A DNA stretch of 64,000 nucleotides from Betaproteobacteria bacterium RIFCSPLOWO2_12_FULL_62_58 (GTDB lineage Bacteria > Pseudomonadota > Gammaproteobacteria > Burkholderiales > SG8-41): contig MERI01000048.1 in the NCBI GenBank assembly GCA_001772005.1, forward strand, positions 2,626 through 66,625, written 5' to 3'. The position numbers and the translations under genes were made by a program. This document shows positions 16,115 through 25,361 of the stretch, piece by piece; position 1 is the stretch's first letter; every line of letters starts with the position of its first letter. The notes beneath the pieces were generated by a model. The model had not been told where the DNA came from, searched no databases, and saw only the letters and a program-made list of their open reading frames with translations.

Positions 16115-17383
16115 ATGACCCATCCCGACTATGCACGCGCCGTACGCCATGTCACGCCCGAGGCGGTAAGGGATACGCTGATGGAGATGGTCGACATCGC
16201 GAGCCCCACCGGACGCGAAGGGGCGATGGCGGAATACCTGGTGCACCGCCTGCGGAAAGCCGGCTTTTCGGCCCATCAGCAGGAAGTGAGCGCGGGCCGG
16301 CCCAACGCGGTCGGCGTCCGCCCCGGCACGGGCGAAGGCATCAACCTGCTGTTCACCGGCCACATGGATACGTCCTATGACGGCGATGAGGATTACCTCA
16401 AGGGCGAGGGCTTCAAGGCGAAGGGCGTCTACCGCGACGGCTGGATCTGGGGCCTGGGCGCCAACAACATGAAAAGCGGATTGGCGTCCGCGCTCGTGGC
16501 GCTCGAAGCGATCCACAAGGAAGGCATCGAACTCAAGGGCGATCTGCTCTACGGTGGCGTCGTCGGTGAGACCGAGAAGGCGGCGGTCGATGAATTTCGG
16601 GGCGACTCGGTCTCCGGTTATGGCGTCGGCACCCGCCACCTGGTGCTGCACGGCATCACCGCCGACTACGCGATCCTGGCCGAGCCGACCGCGCTCAGAG
16701 TGTGCACCGCCAACATGGGCGCGATCTGGGCCAAGATCAGCGTCGGCGGCACCGTGAGCCACGCGGCGCTGTCGCGCAATCCCAGCGTGATCAACGCCAT
16801 CCACGAAATGCACGCGCTGCAGTCGGCCCTGCAGAAATGGATCAACGAGTACGAGGCGACTCACCTGTACATGGGCGAGCACCCCAACGTCACCATCGCC
16901 GCGATCCGCGGCGGCATGCCGTGGCGCCTTGCGCGCAATCCGTTCGAATGCAGCCTCTATCTCGACATTCGCACCGTCCCGGGCCAGACTGCGGATGGAG
17001 TGAAGCGGTCGCTCAGAAAGGTGCTCAGGGAATTTGCCAAGTCACGCGGCAAGCCTGAGCCCGCCCTTGAGTTCTTCGTCAACGACCCGCCGACCGTGAT
17101 CGACAAGGAACAACTCATCACTCAGGTCGTATGCGAATCCCACCGGCGGGTAACCGGCAAGGATTCCCCGCTCATCATTCGGCGGCCGGGGGCGGATTCC
17201 ACTCACTTGAACCGCTATGATGTCCCGTGCATAACCTATGGCCCGGGCGGCCGCACGCATCCGGAAGCGAAGGGGTTGATGCACGCGGTGGGCGAGCACG
17301 TGCATGTCGATGACCTGGTGACGGCATCCAGGGTCTATCTCGATGCCGCGCTCGAATTATGCAGCCGCAGCGCCCCCGCTTGA
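16115..17383 (+). CDS. M20-family metallopeptidase / ArgE-DapE-type deacylase
   Basis: 422 aa; LLFTGHMDT, GANNMKSG and EPT motifs. Confidence 0.85.
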   Translation: MTHPDYARAVRHVTPEAVRDTLMEMVDIASPTGREGAMAEYLVHRLRKAGFSAHQQEVSAGRPNAVGVRPGTGEGINLLFTGHMDTSYDGDEDYLKGEGFKAKGVYRDGWIWGLGANNMKSGLASALVALEAIHKEGIELKGDLLYGGVVGETEKAAVDEFRGDSVSGYGVGTRHLVLHGITADYAILAEPTALRVCTANMGAIWAKISVGGTVSHAALSRNPSVINAIHEMHALQSALQKWINEYEATHLYMGEHPNVTIAAIRGGMPWRLARNPFECSLYLDIRTVPGQTADGVKRSLRKVLREFAKSRGKPEPALEFFVNDPPTVIDKEQLITQVVCESHRRVTGKDSPLIIRRPGADSTHLNRYDVPCITYGPGGRTHPEAKGLMHAVGEHVHVDDLVTASRVYLDAALELCSRSAPA

Positions 17384-17401
17384 GCCGTCGTCGACCGTCA
17401 A

Positions 17402-18166
17402 ATGATAATCTGCCGCAGCGTCAGCAAGGTCTACGAGACCATCGAAGGCGAGCGGATACACGCTCTGGCGGACATCAATCTCGCCGTCCAGGACCGAGAG
17501 TTCGTCTCGGTGGTGGGGCCCAGTGGCTGCGGCAAGACCACGCTGCTGCGGCTGATTGCCGGCACCCTGCCCAAGTCCGCCGGCGAAATTCTGCTGCGGG
17601 GCTCGCCGGTCACCGGCCCGCGGCGCGACATCGGCATCGTGTTCCAGACCGCGACCCTCCTGCCGTGGCGCAACGTGCTGCAGAATGCCCTGCTGCCGGT
17701 CGATGTGCAGGGGTTGGACAAGAAGACCTATACCGAGCGGGCGCGCGACTTGTTGCAGATGGTGGGCCTTACCGGTTTCGAGCGCAAATATCCCTTCGAG
17801 CTTTCGGGCGGCATGCAACAGCGCGTTTCAATCACCCGCGCGCTGGTCCACAACCCGGCGGTGCTGCTCATGGACGAGCCGTTCGGTGCGCTGGACGCGC
17901 TCACGCGCGAGCAGATGAACCTGGATCTGCAGCGGATTTGGGCAACCGCGGGCAAGACCGTATTCCTGATTACACACAGCATCAGCGAGGCGGTGTTCCT
18001 GGCCGACCGCGTGGTCGTGATGTCCGCGCGGCCGGGGCGTATCCTTGCCGAATTCCAGATCGGTTTCGAGCGCCCGCGTTCGCTCGACGTGATGGGTGCG
18101 CCCGAGTTCGGACGGCTGGTCACGGAAATCCGCCGGCACCTGACGGCACACGGCGCGCTCGGCTGA
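17402..18166 (+). CDS. ABC transporter ATP-binding protein (NitT/TauT family)
   Basis: GPSGCGKTT Walker A, LSGGMQQR signature, LLMDEPF Walker B. Confidence 0.92.
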   Translation: MIICRSVSKVYETIEGERIHALADINLAVQDREFVSVVGPSGCGKTTLLRLIAGTLPKSAGEILLRGSPVTGPRRDIGIVFQTATLLPWRNVLQNALLPVDVQGLDKKTYTERARDLLQMVGLTGFERKYPFELSGGMQQRVSITRALVHNPAVLLMDEPFGALDALTREQMNLDLQRIWATAGKTVFLITHSISEAVFLADRVVVMSARPGRILAEFQIGFERPRSLDVMGAPEFGRLVTEIRRHLTAHGALG

Positions 18167-18200
18167 CAAGTATTTTTCCTCAACGAAGGGGGTTGAAATC

Positions 18201-19277
18201 ATGAAGCTCAAAACATTCTGTATTGCGTTGTTGCTGGTCGGAATGACGTCTGCGGGCGCGGTCTTGGCACAAACGCTCCAAAAAATAACGCTGCTGCATT
18301 CGCAGCCGCAGATTACTTCGGCGTTCGCCTATTCGAGTTCGCTGCCTATTCATCTCGGCTATTTCAAGGAGGAGGGGCTGGAGGTGGAGGTGAATGCCAT
18401 GGCGGGCGCGGCGGCGGCGATGCAGCTGGTGATCGGCGGCCGCGCGGACTTCGCGATCGGCAATCCCTCGGGCGCGATGATCGCGATCCAGAAAGGGGCG
18501 GACGTGCGCTTCTATTACACCTCGATCCGCGGCGACATTTTCGGCGTGGCGCTCCCCGCCGAAAGCGGCATGAAAACGCTCGCGGACCTGAAAGGCAAGA
18601 CCATCGGGGTTTCGAGCTTCGCCAGCGGCGGGACCAACTACGTGAAGGGCCTGATGAAAACCGTCGGCCTCGAGTCGGGCAGGGATTACAACATCGTCGA
18701 AGTGGGCGTCGGCGCGCGCGCCGCCGGCGCCTACCGCTCGAAGCAGATCGACGCCTACTCGCTGTGGGACGAAATCTACGTCACGCTGCAGCAGAGCGGT
18801 ATCCCCTTCTCCAGTATCATCCGCGATCCGCGCGCCGACGGGCACGCCGTGGGATCGATCCTCGCCAAGACCGCCGATTACACCGCGCGCCGCAAGACCC
18901 TGATCGGCGTCGCGCGCGCCATCGCCAAGGCGCAGCTTTTCCAATATACCAATCCCGAAGCGGCGATTCGCATCCACTGGAAGGTTTACCCGCAGACCGC
19001 GCCGCGCGACGGCATCACCGATGCCGCCGTCAAGCGTGAGCTCAACGTGCTGGCGGTGCGCACCGTTCTGATCTCCAAGAACGCCATGAAGACCAACAAG
19101 TGGGGCGACTTGCCGCGCGATGTGATGGAGAAGTTTCAGGGCTACCTGGTCGCGACCGAGGTGCTGCCCAAGGCGATGGACGTCGGCGCCTATTACACCA
19201 ACGATCTGATCGACGAAATCAACAACTTCGACGAGGCCGCCATCGTCAGGCAGGCGCGCGAATTCAAGCTGCCGTGA
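18201..19277 (+). CDS. ABC transporter periplasmic substrate-binding protein (NMT1/THI5-like)
   Basis: Signal peptide MKLKTFCIALLLVGMTSAGAVLAQ; sits between the ATPase and permease genes. Confidence 0.8.
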   Translation: MKLKTFCIALLLVGMTSAGAVLAQTLQKITLLHSQPQITSAFAYSSSLPIHLGYFKEEGLEVEVNAMAGAAAAMQLVIGGRADFAIGNPSGAMIAIQKGADVRFYYTSIRGDIFGVALPAESGMKTLADLKGKTIGVSSFASGGTNYVKGLMKTVGLESGRDYNIVEVGVGARAAGAYRSKQIDAYSLWDEIYVTLQQSGIPFSSIIRDPRADGHAVGSILAKTADYTARRKTLIGVARAIAKAQLFQYTNPEAAIRIHWKVYPQTAPRDGITDAAVKRELNVLAVRTVLISKNAMKTNKWGDLPRDVMEKFQGYLVATEVLPKAMDVGAYYTNDLIDEINNFDEAAIVRQAREFKLP

Positions 19278-19297
19278 CTAATTTCTCCTCACAGAAA

Positions 19298-20149
19298 ATG
19301 ACGGATGGGGCGCAAGCTGAGCCGGGAGGCGCCGCTGCGGCACCCCGCAACACGTTCTCCCGGGGCTTGCTCGCGCGCGTGCGCGCCCAACCGGAATGGG
19401 TCTGCGTGCCGTTCACGCTGGCGCTGCTGCTCGGTGGCTGGGAATGGTACGTGACCCACTTCAAGGTAAGCACCCTGATCCTGCCGCCGCCCTCGCACAT
19501 CGTGAGCGCGCTCTACGGCGGGCTGGCAAGCGGCCTCTACGTAACGGCGCTGCTGGTCACGCTGCAGGCGATCGTGCTGGGTTTTCTGCTGTCGGCGGCG
19601 GTCGCCTTCATTCTCGGCACCCTGATCAGCCAGATTCGCCTGTTCGAGGCGACCATCTACCCCTACGTCATCGCATTGCAGACGTTGCCCAAAATCGCGA
19701 TCGCGCCGCTGATCCTGGTGTGGGTGGGGCTCGGAATCGAGAGCAAGATCATCATCGCCGCGCTGGTATCGTTCTTCCCGATGCTGGTCAACACCATCGT
19801 CGGCCTGAAGGCGACCGCACCGGACAAGCTCGAACTCATGCTCGCGTTGAGCGCTTCACCTGCAAAGACATTTTTCCTGGTGAAGCTTCCTGAAGCGCTG
19901 CCGTACATTTTTGCCGGCCTGCAGATCGGCATCGTGCTCGCGGTGCTGGGCGCGATCGTCGGTGAATTCGTGGGCTCGAAGGCGGGCCTGGGCTATCTCA
20001 TCATCCAGATGAACTACACGATGGATGTCGCCGGCATGTTCGCGGTGCTGGTCATCCTGGGCGTGATGGGCGTTGTGCTCAACGTCTCCATCACCGTGCT
20101 GCGCAAGCGCATCATCTTCTGGCAGCGCACCGATGTCAGCGCGATCTAG
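19298..20149 (+). CDS. ABC transporter permease
   Basis: Start trimmed to the ATG at 19298 (MTDGAQ...). Multiple TM segments. The longer track ORF overlaps the SBP gene. Confidence 0.85.
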   Translation: MTDGAQAEPGGAAAAPRNTFSRGLLARVRAQPEWVCVPFTLALLLGGWEWYVTHFKVSTLILPPPSHIVSALYGGLASGLYVTALLVTLQAIVLGFLLSAAVAFILGTLISQIRLFEATIYPYVIALQTLPKIAIAPLILVWVGLGIESKIIIAALVSFFPMLVNTIVGLKATAPDKLELMLALSASPAKTFFLVKLPEALPYIFAGLQIGIVLAVLGAIVGEFVGSKAGLGYLIIQMNYTMDVAGMFAVLVILGVMGVVLNVSITVLRKRIIFWQRTDVSAI

Positions 20150-20206
20150 GACCAGCGCGACTCAAGACCCCAAATCACCCTAACCGCCGGTGCGCGCTGG
20201 TCATGG

Positions 20207-20246
20207 GTGAAGGAGTGAACGGGTGAACGAGTAAACGGGTGTAAGA
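20207..20246. repeat. Five tandem octamers GTGAAGGA GTGAACGG GTGAACGA GTAAACGG GTGTAAGA
   Basis: Read directly. Their reverse complements recur at 24498-24529. Confidence 0.85.
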
Positions 20247-20247
20247 T

Positions 20248-20291
20248 CCCCTCCCCCTTTGCCAAGGGGGAGGGCTAGGGAGAGGGTGAGG
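20248..20291. repeat. GC-rich REP-like hairpin, family copy 2
   Basis: ccctccccc tttgccaa gggggaggg followed by ctagggagagggtgagg. Confidence 0.7.
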
Positions 20292-20372
20292 ATTCCACGT
20301 ATTCACTCACTCACCGTGCTCTTGCGAGCGTTCATCGATGGTCTCAGTGTGGATAATCTTAGCGAGGCGCCA

Positions 20373-20762
20373 ATGGAAAAGCAGTTTTACTCCGGAACCT
20401 GGCAGCAGCAACGGGCATTCTCGCCGGCGGTCGCGACAACAGGAGGCCGGACCCTATGGGTCGCGGGACATGGCGGGCTGCACGGCGCCGACAAGCCGCT
20501 CGACGGTGATTTCGACGGCCAGGCGCGCCAGGCGTTCAAGAACCTTGCCGCGACACTCGAAGGCGCGGGCGGCAAGCTTACGGACATCGTCACCATGACG
20601 GTATTCATCATCGACGCCCGCTACGGGGAGCGCTTCATCGAGATCAGAAAGGAGTTTTTTCCGTCCGGGGAATATCCGGCGAGCGCGCTCATCACCGCAG
20701 CCGGTTTCGCGCGGCCGAACATGATGGTCGAGATCCAGTGCGTCGCGGTGGTTCCGGAATAA
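20373..20762 (+). CDS. RidA/YjgF-family protein
   Basis: MEKQFYSG...LWVAGHGG...IVTMTVFI...MVEIQCVAV; start trimmed to 20373. Confidence 0.8.
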   Translation: MEKQFYSGTWQQQRAFSPAVATTGGRTLWVAGHGGLHGADKPLDGDFDGQARQAFKNLAATLEGAGGKLTDIVTMTVFIIDARYGERFIEIRKEFFPSGEYPASALITAAGFARPNMMVEIQCVAVVPE

Positions 20763-20985
20763 GACCCCCAGCCAGCGCTGGACTACGCTGACGTTTTGTC
20801 GCGCGCCGGCAATGGTGCGCCTACCCTGAGCGCAGCAAGTCGGTGCGCGGTGCCGCTTGGACTGCTACCCTCCCGCACGTGGGCACGCAGCCGTCGCCGG
20901 TCTGGATGCCCCGGCCCGCGCTTGACAGGGTGCCGGAAAACCATAAAAATGGGTTTCCATATTCATGTTCCGGTGAGGTGCTGCC

Positions 20986-21264
20986 ATGAAAACCACAGTC
21001 GAGCTTTCGGATGAGCTGTTTCGCAAGGTCAAGGCCGAAGCAGCATTGCGCGGCCGCAAGCTCAAGGACCTGGTCGCGGAAGGCCTACGCCTCGTGCTGG
21101 AAGCTCCGGAATCGGCTGCTTCCCCGGCGAAGAAGCGGCAGCCGCCCACGGCCTACGAGCTGATGAAAGACGGTCGCGGCATCGTCGACAGCGGCATCGG
21201 CGATCTTGCTACCAACACGAAGCACATGAAAGGCTTCGGCCGTGCCTCGCGCCGCCATCGTTGA
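20986..21264 (+). CDS. vapB: type II antitoxin (VapB-like, RHH-type)
   Basis: MKTTVELSDELFRKVKAEAALRGRKLKDLV...; overlaps the PIN gene by 23 nt. TTGACA at 20922 is a possible -35. Confidence 0.75.
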   Translation: MKTTVELSDELFRKVKAEAALRGRKLKDLVAEGLRLVLEAPESAASPAKKRQPPTAYELMKDGRGIVDSGIGDLATNTKHMKGFGRASRRHR

Positions 21265-21664
21265 CACCGGGCCGCTGGTCGCGTTGCTGGATGCGAGCGA
21301 CTCGGCCCACGGCTGGACGATCCGTCAATTCCGGCAGATCACCGGGCCGCTGCTCACCTGTGAAGCCGTCGTGGCGGAGGCCCTTTATCTGTTGAGATCT
21401 CTGCGGCCGGCGCAGGAAAAGATACTGGAGTGGATCGAGAGCGGCGTGCTGGTGTGTCCCTTCGTTCTGGCGGAAGATGCCGCGCAGGTCAGAGGACTAT
21501 GGAAAAAGTATGCGGATGTGCCGATGTCGCTCGCCGACGCCTGCCTGGTGCGCATGAGCGAGAAGCACGACCACCACCATGTCTGCACGCTGGATAGAGA
21601 TTTCACCGTCTATCGCAAGCGCGGCCACGAGCCGATACCACTCATCATTCCGCCGGCGGCGTAG
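21242..21664 (+). CDS. vapC: PIN-domain toxin VapC
   Basis: AIVDTGPLVALLD...LSLADACLV...VCTLDRDF acidic PIN residues. Confidence 0.8.
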   Translation: MPRAAIVDTGPLVALLDASDSAHGWTIRQFRQITGPLLTCEAVVAEALYLLRSLRPAQEKILEWIESGVLVCPFVLAEDAAQVRGLWKKYADVPMSLADACLVRMSEKHDHHHVCTLDRDFTVYRKRGHEPIPLIIPPAA

Positions 21665-21733
21665 ATCATGGCCATCACCGATCACGATCGCGACGGCACC
21701 CTGACCGTCTCCCGGGGGAAGAAGGAATGCTTC

Positions 21734-22993
21734 TCAGGCAGCGGCTTTGGCAGCCTCGCGCCGCTTCTTGGCTTGCGCCGCCTTGGCGTGCATCGACGCA
21801 TAGGCGCTGTGAGCCGCGGCTTCGGCATCACCGACGTGCACCGCGTAGCCCATGTCGTCGAGCACCGAGCCGAGCGCCGACAGGCACAGCATGACGTTAT
21901 CGGGGCGGCACGAGTAGCCCATCAGGCCGAAGCGCCAGATCTTGCCGGCGAGCGGGCCCAGCCCGGCGCCGATTTCCAGGCCGAATTCGGTGAGCAGCGT
22001 CTTGCGTACTGCGGCCTCGTTCACGCCCTCGGGGCAGATCACGGCATTCATTTGCGGGATCTGGTGCTGCTCCTTCACCAGGAACTTGAGTCCCATGGCT
22101 TCCAACCCGGCCTTGAGCGCGGTGTGATGGCGCTGGTGGCGCGCCCAGCAGTTGTCGAGGCCTTCCTCGCGAATCAGCAGCAGCGCCTCGTGCAGTGCGA
22201 ACAGCGAGTTGGTCGGCGCGGTATGGTGGTAGGTGCGGTTGGTCGCGCCCCAGTAGCCGAGCAGCAGATTCATGTCCATGAACCAGGAATGAATCTTGTC
22301 CTTGCGCGCTTTCACGTACTCCACCACGCGGTCGCTGAAAGACACGGGCGACAGCCCCGGCGTGCACGACAGGCATTTCTGGCTCGCGGAATAGATCGCG
22401 TCGATTTTCCATGCGTCGACCAGCACCGGCGAGCCGCCGAGCGAGGTCACCGCATCGACGATGGCAAGCGCGTCATACTTATGCGCGATTTCGACCAGCG
22501 TCTTCGCGTCCGACAGCACACCGGTCGAGGTCTCGGCGTGCACGAAGGCGACGAGGCGCGCGTCGCGGTTTTGCATGAGCGCGTCATCGAGCTTCTGCGG
22601 ATCGACCGGTTCGCCCCACTTGTCCTCGACGACGATGGGCACGCCGCCGCAGCGCTCGACGTTTTCGATCATGCGCCCGCCGAATACGCCGTTGCGGCAC
22701 ACGATCACCTTGTCGCCCGGTTTCACCAGATTGACGAAGCAATACTCCATGCCGACCGAACCGGGGCCGGAGATCGGGAAGGTGAGCGCGTTTTTGGTCT
22801 GATACGCATAGCGCAGCAGGGACTTCAATTCCTCCATCATCTCGACGAATATCGGGTCGAGATAGCCGATCGCAGGCTGGCTCATGGTGGTCAGCACGCG
22901 CGGATGAATCTCGGTGGGCCCCGGCCCCATCAGCGTGCGTTGCGGCGGATGGAACGAATTGATGCGTTTTGCCGGTGCAAACTCATTCATCAT
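21734..22993 (-). CDS. class V aminotransferase (alanine-glyoxylate / serine-pyruvate type)
   Basis: Core starts MMNEFAPAKRINSF...LMGPGPTEIHPRVL with AGGGAG RBS. The SQKCL motif carries the PLP lysine. Confidence 0.88.
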   Translation of the reverse strand: MMNEFAPAKRINSFHPPQRTLMGPGPTEIHPRVLTTMSQPAIGYLDPIFVEMMEELKSLLRYAYQTKNALTFPISGPGSVGMEYCFVNLVKPGDKVIVCRNGVFGGRMIENVERCGGVPIVVEDKWGEPVDPQKLDDALMQNRDARLVAFVHAETSTGVLSDAKTLVEIAHKYDALAIVDAVTSLGGSPVLVDAWKIDAIYSASQKCLSCTPGLSPVSFSDRVVEYVKARKDKIHSWFMDMNLLLGYWGATNRTYHHTAPTNSLFALHEALLLIREEGLDNCWARHQRHHTALKAGLEAMGLKFLVKEQHQIPQMNAVICPEGVNEAAVRKTLLTEFGLEIGAGLGPLAGKIWRFGLMGYSCRPDNVMLCLSALGSVLDDMGYAVHVGDAEAAAHSAYASMHAKAAQAKKRREAAKAAA

Positions 22994-23257
22994 GTCACTC
23001 CCTGAAAAAGTCGATCCGAAGAAACTCTCCCCGTCCGGCCGCGATTTGAGCCGGATCGGTTTTCTGGCATTGGCGCCATTGAGCACTTCGACGGCCGTGA
23101 TTTGGCCGCCGGTCGAGTGCTCGACTTCCATCGCCCAGCGCGCCGGCACGTAGCCGGACTTGACCCAGTTGTTGACGACGGCGCGATCGAGACGGAAGCG
23201 GCGGGCGACTTCGGCTTGGCTGCCGAAAATGGCGACGAGGCGTTCAGCGCAGTTCAT
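22994..23257 (-). CDS. Cro/YdaS-like HTH segment, in frame with the aminotransferase and with no intervening stop codon
   Basis: MNCAERLVAIFGSQAEVARRFRLDRAVVNNWVKSGYVPARWAMEVEHSTGGQITAVEVL resembles YdaS/Cro-type HTH. Continuous 507-aa ORF in the track. Confidence 0.55.
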
Positions 23258-23370
23258 GGTTCATCTCTCGCAGAGAGATTAGCATGACAAAATTATTTTG
23301 ACAATCTGACCTCGATATCAAAGACCTGGCTTCACGAGACAGTACACATCATCAAAGTGTATGTGCTCGC

Positions 23371-24261
23371 TCACATGAAATCCTCTTTGATATCAATGGC
23401 TTTATCACCTTCAGCCCAAGGGATACCGGCAGCGGTGACGGCCGGGAAATCGAACAATGCTCGATCCAAAAGATGCGAGGGTCGGACGTTTTGCATGCTG
23501 GTGAGTATGGTCTCGATGCGCCCGGGATGGCGTTTTTCCCACGCCCGCAGGAGCGCTTTGACCTCCTGGCGCTTCAGATTCTCCTGCGAGCCGCACAGAT
23601 TGCAGGGAATGATCGGAAATTGCTTGAGCTCGGCGTAGGCCGCGAGATCCTGCTCTTCGCAGTAGGCGAGCGGGCGGATCACGATATGGTGCCCGTCGTC
23701 GGAAACCAGTTTGGGCGACATCGCCTTCAATGTCCCGCCGTAGAACATATTGAGGAAAAACGTTTCGATGATGTCGTCGCGGTGGTGCCCCAGCGCAATC
23801 CGGGTCGCGCCAAGCTCGCCCGCCACGCGGTAGAGCACGCCGCGCCGCAGCCGCGAGCACAGCGAGCACATGGTCTTGCCCTCCGGAATCACGCGCTTCA
23901 CTACGCTATAGGTATCCTGCTCCGCGATGCGGAACGGCACGCCGCGTTGGGTCAGGTATTCGGGGAGCACGTGCGCGGGAAAGTCGGGCTGCTTCTGGTC
24001 GAGATTGACGGCGACGATGTCGAACCTGACCGGCGCGCGTTCCCTGAAGTGCAGCAGGATGTCAAGCAGCGCATAACTGTCCTTGCCACCGGAAAGACAC
24101 ACCATCACCTTGTCGCCGTCGCGAATCATGTCGAAATCGCCGATCGCCTGGCCGACCAAGCGCCGCAAGCGCTTGGCGAGCTTATTTGACTCGTACGACT
24201 CCTTCCGCTCCTCGGTGCTGCGGGGCTGTACGCGTATTGCCGTGTGTTCCATATCGTTCAC
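23371..24261 (-). CDS. ttcA: tRNA 2-thiocytidine(32) synthetase
   Basis: [12 protein letters not shown]-loop; [10 protein letters not shown] and [10 protein letters not shown] cysteine motifs. Confidence 0.92.
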   Translation of the reverse strand: MNDMEHTAIRVQPRSTEERKESYESNKLAKRLRRLVGQAIGDFDMIRDGDKVMVCLSGGKDSYALLDILLHFRERAPVRFDIVAVNLDQKQPDFPAHVLPEYLTQRGVPFRIAEQDTYSVVKRVIPEGKTMCSLCSRLRRGVLYRVAGELGATRIALGHHRDDIIETFFLNMFYGGTLKAMSPKLVSDDGHHIVIRPLAYCEEQDLAAYAELKQFPIIPCNLCGSQENLKRQEVKALLRAWEKRHPGRIETILTSMQNVRPSHLLDRALFDFPAVTAAGIPWAEGDKAIDIKEDFM

Positions 24262-24274
24262 TCGATAACGCGTG

Positions 24275-24476
24275 CCTAGCAGCCTGTCGGACTTAACAGT
24301 CCGTACAGGCTGCTAAAAGCAAAACCGGCTGACAATTCGGAAGAAAACCCACCCGAAGCAGCCGAATATGAAGAAAAGCGGTGATGAATTCGCATATCCG
24401 TCATCCTCTTTTGCAATTTTCCTGACGCCGGTTTTGCATTAGGAGTTTGTCGGGGCTAAGTCCGACAAACTCCTAG
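24275..24476 (-). mobile_element. REPIN/MITE-like ~200-bp element, copy 1 (inverted relative to copies 2 and 3)
   Basis: Ends are palindromic hairpins (agcagcctgtcgg...ccgtacaggctgct and aggagtttgtcgg...ccgacaaactcct) that are inverted homologues of each other. By eye about 85-90% identical to 31011-31211 and 49827-50028. Confidence 0.8.
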
Positions 24477-24497
24477 TGACTGGCGACGGGTTCATGC

Positions 24498-24529
24498 CCG
24501 TTCACTCCTTCACCCGTTCACTCGTTCAC
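24498..24529. repeat. Four tandem octamers CCGTTCAC TCCTTCAC CCGTTCAC TCGTTCAC
   Basis: Reverse complements of the octamer units at 20207-20246. Confidence 0.85.
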
Positions 24530-24533
24530 GTTT

Positions 24534-25286
24534 CTAAAGATTGACGCTTCTGCCGCCGTCTACTGCGATCACTTGTCCCGTGACGTAGGGCGCGGCGGCG
24601 ATCAGGAATTCCACGGCCTTGGCGATATCGTCGGGCTCGCCGATGCGCTTCAATGCCGTTTGGTTGATGATGCGCTGGCGCGCCACTTCGTCCTGCCACG
24701 TGTCATCGTCCGGCCACAGGATGGTGCCCGGCGCGATCCCGTTGACGCGGATTTCCGGCCCCAGTTCGCGGGCGAGCGAGCGCGTGAGCGCGAGCAAGCC
24801 CCCTTTCGCCACATTGTAGACAACGTAATTTTTCATCGGCACCTCGGCGTGAATGTCGAGGATATTCACGATGCAGCCGTGGGCTTTCCTCAACTCGCGC
24901 GCGGCCGCCTGCGACAGGAACAGCGGCGCTTTGAGATTGGTCCCCATGAGATCGTCCCACGCCTTCTCGGTGATCTCACCCACGGCGGTCGGATAGAAGC
25001 TCGAAGCGTTGTTGACCAGAGCGTCGAGGCGGCCGAATGTTCTGACCGTTTCCTTGATCAGACCCGCGAACGACGCGGCCTTCAGCAAGTCGGCTTGCGT
25101 CAGCGCCACGGAATCCGCGCGCTGTGCGGTGAGTTCGGATACGAGCGCGCGCGCTTCCGCGGCCGAGGAGCGATAATGCACCATCAAGGTCGCGCCCGCG
25201 GCGTGCAGCCGCCGGCAAATCGCCGCGCCGACACGCTTGGCGCCGCCGGTGACGAGGACCACCTTGTCCTGCAGCGGTTGTGCCAT
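24534..25286 (-). CDS. pteridine reductase / SDR-family oxidoreductase (FolM-like)
   Basis: VLVTGGAKRVGAAI cofactor motif; YNVAKGG catalytic YxxxK. Confidence 0.75.
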   Translation of the reverse strand: MAQPLQDKVVLVTGGAKRVGAAICRRLHAAGATLMVHYRSSAAEARALVSELTAQRADSVALTQADLLKAASFAGLIKETVRTFGRLDALVNNASSFYPTAVGEITEKAWDDLMGTNLKAPLFLSQAAARELRKAHGCIVNILDIHAEVPMKNYVVYNVAKGGLLALTRSLARELGPEIRVNGIAPGTILWPDDDTWQDEVARQRIINQTALKRIGEPDDIAKAVEFLIAAAPYVTGQVIAVDGGRSVNL

Positions 25287-25361
25287 GCGTATGAGTGCCT
25301 TCTCGTCCTCGAATGTGAGCCAAGTTTGCGGATTTTACCGGATTAACCCACCATTACGCTG

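Noticed and set aside
21668-23005. Plus-strand 445-aa ORF
   Set aside because: It is antisense to the class V aminotransferase, and its Arg/His-rich translation has no motifs.
22994-23370. Prophage remnant suggested by the Cro/YdaS-like HTH and the phage-like operator region
   Set aside because: No integrase, repressor partner, structural or lysis genes are nearby. The flanking genes are ordinary metabolic and tRNA-modification genes. I kept only the in-frame fusion as a finding.
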